A DNA stretch of 64,000 nucleotides from Selaginella moellendorffii (GCF_000143415.4 NW_003314290.1:1788454-1852453), one strand, 5' to 3'. Positions 12,323-24,290 are shown, counted from the first letter of the stretch. A program made the numbers and translations. Notes: a model not told the origin generated them from the letters alone.

Positions 12323-13297
12323 CTAGTCGTGTAAGAACGAGGAATCCATGAGTTTGGACGTGCTCTCCGTACTACCGTTCAAGTAGAATGCGTGATCACA
12401 GCTCTCAAACTCAACAAGCTTGACATTTTTGCCACACTCGCGGAGAATCCCGGAGTACTCCACGCCGTGATCGCGAAGAACATCCAGCCCTCCCACAACG
12501 ACAAGCGTCCGGGGCAGGAGGATCCCCGCAAGATCGCCCCTTGCCACCGCGATGTTGCAGAAAGGATGATCTCTGCTCGCCCCAATCGGCAGAGCCAGCT
12601 CCCAGAACCGATCCATCATCAGCGTGCTGGGCGAGACCTTGCTTGGATCGTCGCGCAGCATCCCCGACGGCTTCCTCGCCACGCTCGCGAAAGTGGGCTG
12701 GATCAACACGCGGCCCACGATTCGCACGGGTCCCAGATCGCCCCAGCTCGCAGGAGCGGCCGCCCGGACGCTCAAATGTTGCGCGAGATTGGCACCAGAG
12801 CTATCCCCCACCAAGAACACGCTGGAGAGATCGGCATGGGCCGCGAGCCATGGGTCGCTGAGCCCTCCCTGATCTTGTCCCAGCCACTTGAGCGCCGCAA
12901 ATCCATCCTCGTACGCCACTGGGAGGCGATTCTCGGGCGCTAGTCGGTATTCCACGGAGACGACGAGCACTCCCAGCCACCTGGAAATCTCCTCGCAGAA
13001 GTCATGAAAACCAAAGAAGCTAGCGCTCATCGCGACGAAGCCACCGCCATGGAAGTACATCAGCACTGGGGATTTTAGGGCATTTGGATCCACGCATTCG
13101 CCTTTGAGCCGCTTGGGCAGGAAGATCCTCGCCCACAGGCCGAGGCCATCGTCGATGGTCACATCCCTGGAAACAATCGAACTAGATGAATCCGATCTCG
13201 CTGAAACAGGATGACGGATAGCCTGGCGCGAGAAAGATCCATCCGCGTGAAGTGTCGCGCCTGGAAGAACAAGATCGCGAGCCACATTCTCCGCCAT
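12323..13297 (-). CDS. Carboxylesterase (CXE), copy 3
   Basis: First ATG at 13297 (MAENVARD); HGGGF, GDSSG, LDVL, SCDHAF. Confidence 0.9.
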   Translation of the reverse strand: MAENVARDLVLPGATLHADGSFSRQAIRHPVSARSDSSSSIVSRDVTIDDGLGLWARIFLPKRLKGECVDPNALKSPVLMYFHGGGFVAMSASFFGFHDFCEEISRWLGVLVVSVEYRLAPENRLPVAYEDGFAALKWLGQDQGGLSDPWLAAHADLSSVFLVGDSSGANLAQHLSVRAAAPASWGDLGPVRIVGRVLIQPTFASVARKPSGMLRDDPSKVSPSTLMMDRFWELALPIGASRDHPFCNIAVARGDLAGILLPRTLVVVGGLDVLRDHGVEYSGILRECGKNVKLVEFESCDHAFYLNGSTESTSKLMDSSFLHD

Positions 13298-13421
13298 AGC
13301 CAGAGCTTCAAACCCTAGCCGCCAAAGAGTAGAATTTAAATCTGCCACGTATGATACACACGTGGCATACCACGTCAGCTTTTGAGAGGTTTAAATACAT
13401 GGGGCAGAAGAGAGGAGCACC

Positions 13422-14854
13422 ATGGAATTCCATGCGAGTTTTCTCGTGCTGCTGGCGGCGGGGAGTGGAATCTTTGGGGGATTCTTGGGCGCATCTTCGG
13501 CCTGTGTGTTTCCTGCCATTTTCAACTTTGGAGATTCCACCTCCGATACCGGAGGAATCCAGACGGCATTCCCGACTTTCAGCCAATCCGAGTTCCCACC
13601 CTATGGCATGACGTTTCCCGGGAGGCCATTCCTGAGATACAGCGATGGCCGCCTTGGAATCGATTTCATAAGTGAAGTGTTTCACTATACAAGCTTGAAT
13701 TGCACTGAGTTCTTCTTTGTTGTTTCACTGCAATAGCTGAAGCTCTAGGAATTCCATATCTAAGTTCCTTCTTCCAAGCGGTGGGATCCAACTTCACCAC
13801 TGGCGTCAACTTCGCCACGGCTGGAGCGACGTCCCAAGCCGTGACTTACATCAGCCCTTTCTCGCTGAACGTCCAGCTCAACCAGTTTCGAGAGTTCAAG
13901 CAAAAAGTCCTTGTAACAGGCAAGGATATGAATCCCCGGATCTATTCCATTCCGTTCTCTCCAAGATTGATAGCTACATTGCCCGCTCATACATTCTTGA
14001 TCAATCGTTATGTTCCCAGGGAACTCTCTCAACGCTCTTCCCGCCAGGGATGCCTTCTCTCGAGCGCTCTACATCGTCGACATTGGCGGGAACGACTTCA
14101 GCTATGGATACAACCGAAACATGAACTTCGACCAGCTCAAAGCATATATTTTCCGGGCAGTGGATGGAATCATCGCGCTTGTCAAGGTCGACGACATGGA
14201 AAACCTCTTACATATAGATTTCGCTGAAGATACCTTTTGTGTGTTTGCATTGAATCTACACAGGGCGTGTATGCCGAGGGAGGACGGACATTCCTAGTCT
14301 CGGACGTTGGGCCCCAGGGCTGCATCCCATATTTCCTCACAAACTTCCCAAATCTCCGGGTGAGCTACGATCAAGCTGGGTGCGCTATCGAATTCAACCA
14401 AGTCACCCAGCACTATAATGGCTTGCTCAAGCAGGCTTTGAGCAGCCTCCGTAGCCAGCTCCCAGGCAGCACTATAATCTACACGAACACTTATGACATC
14501 AAATATTCGCTTGCCCTCAAGGCTGCGAGCAATGGTAACACCACAAGAACATAAGCGGTCAACGAATCTCTGACCACGGTTGACTTTACAGGATTCCAGT
14601 TTGCCACCAAGGCCTGCTGTGGGATTGGAGGGAACTACAATTACAACTTTGCGGTGCAATGTGGGGAGAGCAAAGTGATGGCTGGGAAGACGGTGGCGTC
14701 AACGACTTGTAAGAATCCATCCGCGTATCTCAATTGGGATGGAGTTCACTACACCGAAGCAGCAAACCGGATCATCACGAGGCAAATCTTGAGTGGGAGC
14801 TTCTTCGACCCCAGTTTCCCCTTGGGCATGCTGTGCACACTCAAGAACATCTAA
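13422..14854 (+). CDS. GDSL esterase/lipase, 5 exons, with signal peptide
   Basis: Hydrophobic N-terminus; FNFGDSTSDTGG; RYSDGRL; GVNFATAGA; IGGNDF; WDGVHYTEAAN. Confidence 0.94.
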
Positions 14855-15103
14855 TCATCTGTGGATTCATAAACTTTGACGAACATCGATCACTACAACC
14901 ATTGTTCTTTTGGATCCAATCCAGCACCTATCAAGCACTATAGGTTGGAAGGGAATGCGCAGTGGAATGAGAAAAGGCTGCCTGATGACACCGCAAAGAC
15001 AAAAGGAAGAAATGCCATCCTCGTGAATGGCTGCCAAACCTTGTGTACATCCAATCCCGTGAGCTCTGACAGCCAGTCAACTCGTCAGTCAACCAAGTCC
15101 ACC

Positions 15104-16194
15104 TTATTCAACAATGGTCAACAGCGGTACAAAGCTAGCGATTTCGTCCAAGACAAGGACGGATTCCTGGCAGCTAGCGTCCCCCACGAGGTAGAATCCA
15201 TGGGAAGAGTTTTCATACTCGATGAGCTTCACGGCATTGCCAGCGTCTTTCAAGATCTTTGCAAACTCTACCTGGCGATCGCGGAGGAGATCCTTGCCGC
15301 CCACCACCACTAGCGCTCTCGGCAGTCCCCTGGCCCCCAATCTCGCGAGATCTCCAGGCAATTCCAGCGTCGGGTTGCAAAATGGATGGTCGCGGTCGGC
15401 CGCGCCCTCGGGGAGCGTCGCCAGCCAGCAAAACTCGGTGGTGTCGAGCGTGAGCATCGGTTCGGAGGACCCGAGCCTGAGCTCCGAGTCGGTCCTGGAC
15501 GTGCCTCCATAAAAGGGCTGGAGGAGGATCTGGCCGGTGAGTGGGATTCCATCCTGGTCAGCGCGCAATGCCACGCGGGCTGCGAGATTTCCCCCGGTCG
15601 CCCATGACGAAGATCTTGGAGAAATCCGCGTGAGCGAAAGCGTCTTGATCGCTGCTGCTCTTGGCGATCTGTCGGACCCAGTTGAGAACGTCGTAGCCAT
15701 CGTCATAGGCCGCCGGGAGCCTGTGCTGTTGAGATTAGATGCTCAGGTCGATGCTTAGCTAGGCAGTTAGGATGATGTGGCATTAGGCAGTTGCCACAGC
15801 CCATGTATATATAGCTTCATATATACAATATTTTTTTATCATGTGCTCCGGAGCTAGGCGGTAATTCACAGACACGACGATCGCTTCCAGCTTCCTGGAC
15901 ATGGCCTCGCAAAACTGTGAAAGATCGCATTCGCGGCGCTCACGTAGATGAATCCTCCCCCGTGGTAGAAGATCACGATGGGCAGCGTGCTGCGATTCTC
16001 CAGCTCTTCCGGACGGAAAACTCTCACCCAAATTCCCCGATCCTTGTCGAGAATCACGTCGCGGCTCGCCACGCCGTCTTGGCGGGAACCTCCGCAAAGA
16101 ACCCCGCAGGGCCTGTTGGTGGAGGAGCGCGCACGCAAGATCCATCCTCTACAAACACAAAGCCTCCAATTTGCTTGCGCTCCTCGTCGCCCAT
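15104..16194 (-). pseudogene. CXE pseudogene (array unit A)
   Basis: Near-copy of 20626-21612 with a 5-bp deletion in the GDSAGG codons (~15597), other indels and a 115-bp insertion. Confidence 0.88.
15727..15841. mobile_element. 115-bp solo-LTR-like (TRIM-size) insertion
   Basis: Begins TGTTGA and ends TTATCA (TG...CA); 5-bp TSD TGTGC at 15722-15726 and 15842-15846; absent from the sister CXE copies (empty site cctgtgctccgg). Confidence 0.8.
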
Positions 16195-16458
16195 TCTTTC
16201 GGTGCTAGGTGGGTGGCCTTCCGGTCTCATAACGACACATTTAAATCGTTGAAATGGCCAAGAGCCGGTTTGCGGAAATTCTAAACCTTTCCTTTTCGTT
16301 TCTATGCTGGTATAAAAAAATTCAAATTAAAAGCTCTCTAAGCATTTTATAGGTCTCTTTAATTTAATTAATACTACATACATTAATCTTTTTAACTAAA
16401 CTATTTACTGCTTAGGGCTCGATAATTTAAATTAATACCGTAACTATAAAGCTCCGAT

Positions 16459-17352
16459 ATGGTGGCACAACTCAGGAGAAAGCTCTTGGATGAGTCTGTG
16501 ATTTTGGGTCAAGTTCTCGACAATGTGCAGTGGCAGTACTCGGCCTTATACGGCGTTGTGGACGTCGCTCTGTGCAGGTTAGAACACAGGATCCAGCGGG
16601 TGTGGAGCAATGCCTGCAATCAGGCCAATGTGAGTGAATATGCCGCCACCAAAGCCATTGTCCGCGAGAGGCCGTCATACCTAAGCGACGACAACTTGTG
16701 CTACTACGGTATTTGGGACGACGACCTCACGTACACCAACGTTTGCCTTTGCATCGACAGCTAACAAGAGGAGGCCGACATCGATAGAGGCAGTCCAGGA
16801 AGAGCTCCAGCAGCAGCAGCAGCAGGAGATGCCGTTGCTTAGCTCGCCTCTGATCAAGTACATCAGGGCCAAGCCCAGCATACCCCGTGAGATCCGAGGG
16901 CGTGGCCCGGGATCGCGAAAGTTTCGGCAAGAGCTGGTTTCTTGGGTGGAGCGGGACCTGTTCGGTGGTGTTGGGTCGCTGGACATGCAGGCGCGGCTGG
17001 TGTTTGATGAGCGGATGCTGGCGCACGAGTGGCAGGCGCTGTTCGGTTTCAGGTACTGCAAGTATGAACAGCCGGTGGACAAGGACCTGAGCACGCCTGA
17101 TGTTGTTTTCGATGAAACGTGTGGTTCTTTTGATCACGAGAAGTATGACGAACTTGTCGAGCATCTGGAAGCGGGAAAGATTATCGCGGTGTGTGGTGGC
17201 TTCAACAAGCTTTCCGCTTGGCCGGGGAATGCGTGCGTGGATCTCTTCAACTTTCAAGTGGGGGCGTGGAGGAGCTCATCAAGTGGTACGGTGGGCTCAG
17301 ATTCAAGGTGAATCCGAAGAGAAGACGAGCATATGACCGCAACACCGAATGA
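16459..17352 (+). pseudogene. Orphan family X, copy 1 (frameshifted)
   Basis: Homologous to 22140-23045; 1-bp insertion gives a stop at 16762-16764 and there is a second frameshift near 17265. Confidence 0.82.
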
Positions 17353-17504
17353 ACACAAGTCTTGGTTGGATAGATGGACTTTTGGTAATAGAGTTTGTGT
17401 AGCTTACCTCTTCCTATATGAGATTCATGAGTGATCTTGGACGAAAATATACAACACATACACACACACACACATGGAGCATGATGTCAGCCTTGGTTTA
17501 CATT

Positions 17505-18270
17505 CACAAGCAGCGGTTGCTGGCCAGAGAGAAGCTACGAGAAGAAACCTAGGGAGGCGATCGAGCACTCACTATGAAGTAGCTCATTGAAGAAACTTTC
17601 ATGGCTGATGAAGCATCTTCTGGAAAGTCTCTAAGCCTTCTCGACTTCTAGCAAGCCTTGGATCTCTGGGACAGTGGAAATGTTGATCCCGCAAAGACCA
17701 GTAGAACGTTTGCTGGTGATGTGATCGTCACCGCGTGGTTGAGGTTGGTTTGTTACCACGAAAAAACCCCTCTTGTCAGTGAAAAACCCATTGTTGCCTT
17801 TGTTAAAATGCTTACTTTGCCAAGTTGATGGACTCGAGGCTTGTGCTCGTCCAGAAGATCTACAAGTTTTTTGGGCTCACACTATGCTGAGTTTGATTTT
17901 CCACAAAGAGCATTCTATGTTGCCAAATCTTTTATCTTAGCACCATTGTCAAGATCTCTTTTGCTTCACCCTCCAGAGTGCACTTCTCAAATTAGTAAGC
18001 CATTGGTTCTCAACAATGCAAATGCTAGACAGATGTTAAGTATGCTTCCACATTGCACTATTCAAATTTGGTCGAGCTTTGGCTCTCTTAACAAGGCCAA
18101 CTCCTACTTTCTTGCGTGACCAGAAATGTTTTGCTGAACGAGGAACGTCCCCTATGCCACTTAGATCTAGCCCATCATCTTGTCCATGTCAGTGTCAGAG
18201 CTTGGATTACATAACAACAGATTTCTCTAGTCCCTAGCTCCTTTTCCTCTGCCACCATCATCACCACAAC
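17505..18270. other. Gene-fragment segment M: R3HCC1L 3' end + abridged reverse cysteine protease + degenerate PPR N-terminal fragment
   Basis: 17505-17573 matches 43508-43570. gatcgtcaccgcgtggttgaggt is the reverse complement of 55604-55626 (DLNHAVTI). The minus strand of the sister copy at ~28000-28200 reads QCGSMLSARLAFALLRARNL. Copies at 27620-28280 (+) and 30130-30840 (-). Confidence 0.75.
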
Positions 18271-19560
18271 AGTGAGTGCTCAATCGCCTCCCCAGGTTTC
18301 TTCTCGCAGCTTCTCTCTGGCCAGCAACCGCTGCTTGTGCTCCTTCTTCTCCTGGACCGTGAATCTCACCTTGTTCTGTGCTCTGTCACGACGATCATAT
18401 GCGTTGAGCAGCTTGGGCGGATGTCGGAGGCTCCAAGTCTATACGAAGAGTGGCCGATCAGAAAAAGGCTTGAAACCAGAGAAAGAAAACTGGATATCTC
18501 TCTGCCGTGAACTTCGCTTGAATCAAGATGGGCGATAGATGGTTGCTCGCGCTGCGCAAAAAATGATTAGCGTCAGTGAAGATGTTTGCTTTGTCTAGCC
18601 AAACCGATCGTTGGATTGCCATAAACAGACAAGGCAGTGGTACTACCATTTACCCAGCGAATCACCACGCCACATTTGATCATCCAAAGAGAGACGAACT
18701 TACCGGACTTTCCATCGATGTCGTCAGAAGACGTAGTGAGCTCCTCGTGAGTTTCATCGTCCATGGCGGTCGTATGATCACTGTGGAATCCATCTCTTTC
18801 TCTTCCGTATGTAAATGCCCCGCGTCCACGCTGCTTGGGAGCTACGTCTTCGGCCTCCTCCTCTGCGGTTTCTCTCGCGTTTTCTCTGGAGTTGGAGCAA
18901 CGCTTGGGAGTTGAATTGCACAAAGAAAGTTGGGAGAATCGAAGAGGGAGCTGTGGTGGCTTTGATCGTGAGCTGCTTTCTCCCGCAAAGAAAACTTTCA
19001 AAGCTCCGCTATCCTTCCTCTTCGTCATCTTCCTTTTCTACGCTTGGAGCATTGCTTCTTCTTGCTATGTACGCGTTTAATCTGTGCCGGATGACAATGG
19101 CGGAGCTGCGCAGCGAAGCGGCCTTAGCCCTGCCGCTCGTACAGCGGCCCGATTCGCGACCCGATTGCACGTCCAGAGATATTAGGGTTCTTGAGAGAAG
19201 CGCCTAAAAAACATTTCAATGACGCCAAGCAATGGCAGCTCGATTCGATGCCTTCCAAGCGCTCCAAAGCGCACTGGCAAAAACGCCCGACACGAGATTG
19301 ACGCGGTGATGTGGGGGTAGTAGAAAATCTAGAAACCCGTTTTCGTTGGGGCGTGGATCCTTTTGTGGATTCGTCTTGGAACGGGAAGGCGGCGGCTGGA
19401 ATTGGATCATCGGTAGCTGCTGCTTGCGAGCTGGGGGGAGCCTTAAGAGCCCTAAACCTCAAGAAAGTGATGGTTACAAGGCGATTCGAACCGCGACGCG
19501 TTTGGAATTTTCGGGAGTGCGAGCCCGCGACTGGCGGCGACACGTCAACTCTCTCAAACC
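18271..19560 (-). other. Gene-fragment mosaic (unit B): abridged PhyH 3' repeat, PhyH 5', Q-rich gene, DRP1 3' end, PPR 5' end and R3HCC1L
   Basis: Reverse-complement matches to 5060-5220, 6191-6235, 6360-6575, 7334-7420 and 42126-43570. Confidence 0.85.
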
Positions 19561-20338
19561 AGTTTCGCCACGAATCCATTCCATTCCGTTCTCCAAGATT
19601 GATAGCTGCATTGTAGTGATTTTTGCTCTCGCTCGATCAATCGTGACGTCCCCAACCCAGGGGGAACGACTTCAGCTATGAACAGCTAAAGGGATTTTCC
19701 GGGCGGTGATTCGTTACTCTTTTGTGTGTTTGCATTGAATCTACACAGGGCGTGTATGCCGAGGGAGGACGAACATTCCTGCTCTCGGACGTTGGGCCCC
19801 AGGGCTGCATCCCATACTTCCTCACAAATTTCCCAGTTCTCCAAGTGAGCTACGATCAAGCCAGGTGCGCTATCGAATTCAACCAAATCACGCAGCACTA
19901 CGATGAAATGAGATGAGATGTCATTCTGTTTTGCTAGTCTTGATTGTTCAAGTAGGCTTTGAGCAACCTCCGTAACCAGCTCCCAGACAGCACTATAATC
20001 TACATCAACACTTACGACATAAAATACTCCCTCACCCCAAGCAAGAACATAGCCGGTCAACGTGTTTCTGGCCATAGTTGACTTTACAGGATTCCAGTTT
20101 GCCAACAAGGCCTGCTGTGGGATTGGAGGGAACTACAACTACAACTTTGCGGTGCAATGTGGGCAGAGCAAAGTGATGGCTGGGAAGACGGTGGTGTCAA
20201 CGACTTGTAAGAATCCATCTGCGTATCTCAATTGGGATGGAGTTCACAACACCAAAGCAGCAAACCGGATCATCATGAGGGAGCTTCTTTGAGCCCAGTT
20301 TCCCCTTGGGCATCCTGTGCGCACTCAAGAACGTCTAA
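19560..20338 (+). pseudogene. GDSL 3' remnant (unit B)
   Basis: Matches 13880-14854, including intron sequence, with deletions; GVYAEGGRTFL, KACCGIGGNYNYNF. Confidence 0.88.
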
Positions 20339-20625
20339 TAATTTGTTTGGATTCATAAACTTTGATGAACATCAATCCGTTGGTCCATTGTTCCACTACA
20401 ACCATTGTTCTTTTGGATCCAATCCAGCACCCATCACCGGTTGGAAGGGAATGTGCAGTGGAATGAGAAAAGGCTGCCTGATGACACCGCAAAGACAAAA
20501 GGAAGAAATGCAATCCTCGTGAATGGCTGCCAAAGCTTGTGTACCGTGACCTCTGACCGCCAGTCAACCCGTAAGTCAACCGAGTCAGCTTTATTCAACG
20601 CGGGTCCACAGCGGTTAGCCAGGGG

Positions 20626-21612
20626 TCACTCTCGCAAGAAGCTAGCGATTTCGTCCAAGACAAGGACGTATTCCTGGCAGCTAGCGTCCCCCACGGCGTA
20701 GAATCCATGGGAAGCGTTTTCATAGTCGATGAGCTTCACGGCATTGCCAGCGTCTTCCAAGATCCTTGCAAACTCTACCTGGCGATCGTAGAGGAGATCC
20801 TTGCCGCCCACCACCACTAGCGCTCTCGGCAGTTCCCCGGCCCCCAACCTCGCGAGATCTCCCGGAAATTCCAGCGTCGGGTTGCAAAATGGATGATCCC
20901 GGTCGGCCGCGCCCTCGGGGAGCGTCGCCAGCCAGCAGAAATCGGTGGTGTCGAGCGTGATCATCGGATTGGAGGACCCGAGCTTGAGCTCCGACTCGGT
21001 CCTGGACGTGCCTCCATAGAAGGGCTGGAGGAGGATCTGGCCGGCGAGCGGGATTCCATCCTGGGCAGCGCGCAATGCCACTCGGGCTGCGAGATTTCCC
21101 CCGGCGCTGTCGCCCATGACGAAGATCTTGGAGAAATCCGCGTGAGCGAAAGCGTCTTGATCGCTGCTGCTCTTGGCGATCCCTCGGACCCATTTGAGGG
21201 CGTCGTAGCCATCGTCGTAGGCCGCCGGGAGCCTGTGCTCCGGAGCTAGGCGGTAATTCACAGACACCACGATCGCTCCCAGCTTCCTGGACAGGGCCTC
21301 GCAAAATCTGTGAACGATCGCATTCGCGGCGCTCAAGTAGATGAATCCTCCCCCGTGGTAGAAGATCACGATGGGCAGCGTGCTGCGATTCTCCAGCTCT
21401 TCCGGACGGAAAACTCTCACCCACAGTCCCCGATCCTTGTCGAGAATCACGTCGCGGCTCGCCACGCCGTCAATGAACGAGGGATTGGCGGGAACCTCCT
21501 CAAAGAACCCCGCAGGGCCTGTTGGTGGAGGAGTGCGCACGTAAGATCCATCCTCTGCGAACACAAAGCCTTCAATTTGCTTGCCGGAGCTCTTGCGCTC
21601 CTCGTCGCCCAT
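20626..21612 (-). CDS. Carboxylesterase (CXE), intact array copy (unit B)
   Basis: ATG at 21612 (MGDEERKSSG); HGGGF, GDSAGG, KDLL, NASHGF; uninterrupted ORF. Confidence 0.92.
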   Translation of the reverse strand: MGDEERKSSGKQIEGFVFAEDGSYVRTPPPTGPAGFFEEVPANPSFIDGVASRDVILDKDRGLWVRVFRPEELENRSTLPIVIFYHGGGFIYLSAANAIVHRFCEALSRKLGAIVVSVNYRLAPEHRLPAAYDDGYDALKWVRGIAKSSSDQDAFAHADFSKIFVMGDSAGGNLAARVALRAAQDGIPLAGQILLQPFYGGTSRTESELKLGSSNPMITLDTTDFCWLATLPEGAADRDHPFCNPTLEFPGDLARLGAGELPRALVVVGGKDLLYDRQVEFARILEDAGNAVKLIDYENASHGFYAVGDASCQEYVLVLDEIASFLRE

Positions 21613-22139
21613 TCTTTCGGTGCTAGGTGGGCGGCCTTCCGGTCTCACAACCACACATTTAAATCGTTGAAATGGCCAAGAGCGTGACTTGTCGGTTTGC
21701 AGAAATTCTAAAGCTTTCCTTTTCGTTTCTACGCTGGTATGAAAAAAAAATCAAATTAAAATCTCTCTAAGAATGTTTAAGCTTTTCTACTTAGGGCTCT
21801 TTAAGTTAATTAATACTACATAACTAAACATACTTAATCACAACGACTAATCTTTGTAACTGAGCATCGTGCCCTAAAGCTCTCCCAGGATATGGCGGCA
21901 CAGCTCAGGAGAGCGTTGGATGAGTCTGGATCTAGTACTGGACAATCTGGGTCTTTTTTGTGGAAGATCTCACCAATAGCTTTTCCTTTGCTATTCAGCA
22001 GGAAAAGAAAAACAAATGCAAACTAAACATCACATAACACAATGATTTGCTAACTGCCCTGAAAACGGCTTATTTAATCAAATTAAAAGCTCTGATTAAT
22101 CCATTTTAGCTAAACTCACAAAGCATCGTGCCCTAGGAT

Positions 22140-23045
22140 ATGGCGGCACAACTCAGGAGAAAGCTCTGGGATGAGTCTGTGATTTTGGGTCAAGTTCTCG
22201 ACACTCTGGGTCACAGGCAGTGGCAGTACTCGGCCTTCTACAGCGCTGTGGAGTTCGCTCTGTGCAGGTTAGAACACAGGATCCAGCGGGTGTGGAGCAA
22301 TGCCTGCAAGCAGGCCAATGTGAGAGAATACGCCGCCACCAACGCCATCGTCCGGGAGAGGCTGTCGTACCTAAGCGACGATGAGTTGTGCTACTACGGT
22401 ATTTGGAGTGACGACCTCACTTACACCAACGTTCGCCTTTGCGTCGACAGCTACAAGAGGAGGCCGACATCGATAGAGGCAGTCCAGGAAGAGCTCCAGC
22501 AGCAGCAGCAGCAGCAGGAGATGCCGTTGCTTAGTCCACCTCTGATCAAGTACATCAGGGCCAAGCCCAGCATACCCCGTGATATCCGAGGGCGTGGCCC
22601 GGGATTGCAAAAGTTTCGGCAAGAGCTGGTTTCTTGGGTGGAGCGGGACCTGTTCGGTGGTGTTGGGTCGCTGGAGATGCAGGCGCGGCTGGTGTTTGAT
22701 GCGCGGGTGCTGGCGCACGAGTGGGAGGAGTTGTTCGGTTTCAGGTGCTGCGAGTATGAGCTGCTGGTGGACAAGAACCTGAGCACGCCTGATGTTGTTT
22801 TCAATGAAAATTGTGGTCCTTTTGATCAGGAGAAGTATGACAAACTTGTCGTGCAGCTGGAAGCGGGAAAGATGATCGCGGTGTGTTGCGGCTTCAACAA
22901 GCTTTCCACTTGGCCAGGGAATGCATGTGTGGATCTCTTCAACTTTCAAGTGGGGGGTGTGGAGGAGTTGATCAAGCGGTACGGTGAGCTCAGGTTTAAG
23001 GTGAATCCCAAGAGAAGACGAGCATATGACCGCAACTCCGAATGA
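22140..23045 (+). CDS. Orphan family X, intact copy (301 aa, intronless, unknown function)
   Basis: ATG-to-stop ORF with five homologous copies elsewhere in the window; internal poly-Q and C-terminal PKRRR; no domain recognised. Confidence 0.75.
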   Translation: MAAQLRRKLWDESVILGQVLDTLGHRQWQYSAFYSAVEFALCRLEHRIQRVWSNACKQANVREYAATNAIVRERLSYLSDDELCYYGIWSDDLTYTNVRLCVDSYKRRPTSIEAVQEELQQQQQQQEMPLLSPPLIKYIRAKPSIPRDIRGRGPGLQKFRQELVSWVERDLFGGVGSLEMQARLVFDARVLAHEWEELFGFRCCEYELLVDKNLSTPDVVFNENCGPFDQEKYDKLVVQLEAGKMIAVCCGFNKLSTWPGNACVDLFNFQVGGVEELIKRYGELRFKVNPKRRRAYDRNSE

Positions 23046-24250
23046 ACACAAGTCTTGGTTGGATAGATGGACTTTGGTAATAGAGTTTGTGTAGCTTACC
23101 TCTTCCTATATGAGATTCATGATCTTGGACGAAAATTTACAACACACACACACACACGGGGAGCTAGCGCAGTAATGGAGCCGAGGCTACCACAACCAGG
23201 GTGGCCCTCAGGCTTCTTTTCTTGCGAAGAAGAGCCTTCTGTGTCAATTTTTCTGGAGTGAGATGGCCTTGCTCGGCTCTGTCGACATAGAGATGTCCAT
23301 ATGATCTTTTCTGGCATGCTGCCAACCACTGAGTTTTCCTCAGCTCCGATATCCAGCCATCGACCGTTGCATAGCGATGATCCTTCTCGTGCTGGATGCT
23401 GTTATCGACGACTGAGGTCTTGTCCGCCGACAATGTCGTTTGGCCTGCTAAGAGCATGCACTTGAAATGGCCAGCATCGAGTTCCAGTAAACCAAGATCT
23501 TGGTTTCGAAGCTTTATGCTTGGGCACAGGGACAGTGCTCGGTCGATGTTGACGCAGGAGACGATGTTCTTCTCCGAGTGCATGCTCTTGGACGGTAGCA
23601 GGCCAAGCGACATTGTCGGCGGTTGCCTGGACAAGACCTCAGTCGTTGATCACAGCGTCCAGCACGAGAAGGATCATCTCTATGCAATGGTTGATGGCCG
23701 GTTATCGGAGCTGATGAAAACTCAGTGGTTGGCAGCATGCCAGAAAAGATCATATGGACATCTCTACGTCAACAGAGCCGAGCAAGGCCATCTCACTCCA
23801 GAAAAATTGACGCAGAAGGCTCTTCTTCGCAAGAAAAGAAGCCTGAGGGCCACCCCAGTTGTGGTAGCCTTGGCTCCATTACCACGCTAGCTCCGTGTTG
23901 TAAATTTTCGTCCAAGATCACTCATGAATCTCATATAGGAAGAGGTAAGCTACACAAACTCTATTACCAAAGTCCATCTATCCAACCAAGACTTGTGTTC
24001 ATTCGGTGTTGTGGTCATATGCTTGTCTTCTCTTGGGATTCACCTTGAATCTGAGCTCACCGTACCGCTTGATCAGCTCCTCCTCACCCCCCACTTGAAA
24101 GTTGAAGAGATCCATGCATGCATTCCCCAGCCAAGCAGAAAGCCACCACACGCCACGATCATCTTTCCCGCTTCCAGATGCTCGACAAGTTCGTCATACT
24201 TCTCCTGATCAAAAGGACCACACTTTTCGTCAAAAACAACATCCGGCATA
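22786..24250. repeat. Inverted repeat at the B/C junction: arms ~22786-23462 and ~23575-24250 around a PPR-derived spacer
   Basis: Arms are reverse complements, e.g. ggccctcaggcttcttttcttgcgaagaagagcc (23204) vs ggctcttcttcgcaagaaaagaagcctgagggcc (23818). Confidence 0.9.
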
Positions 24251-24259
24251 GGAAGAGCT

Positions 24260-24290
<31 letters not shown>

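Noticed and set aside
10158-13297. GID1 gibberellin receptors
   Set aside because: All copies keep the catalytic His (HAF/HGF) that GID1 replaces with Val/Ile, and they lack the GID1 N-terminal lid.
23160-23275. Abridged TGD3 fragment in the hairpin arm
   Set aside because: Only one 16-bp match (gagtgagatggccttg, cf. 48990) plus shorter hits; too weak to call.
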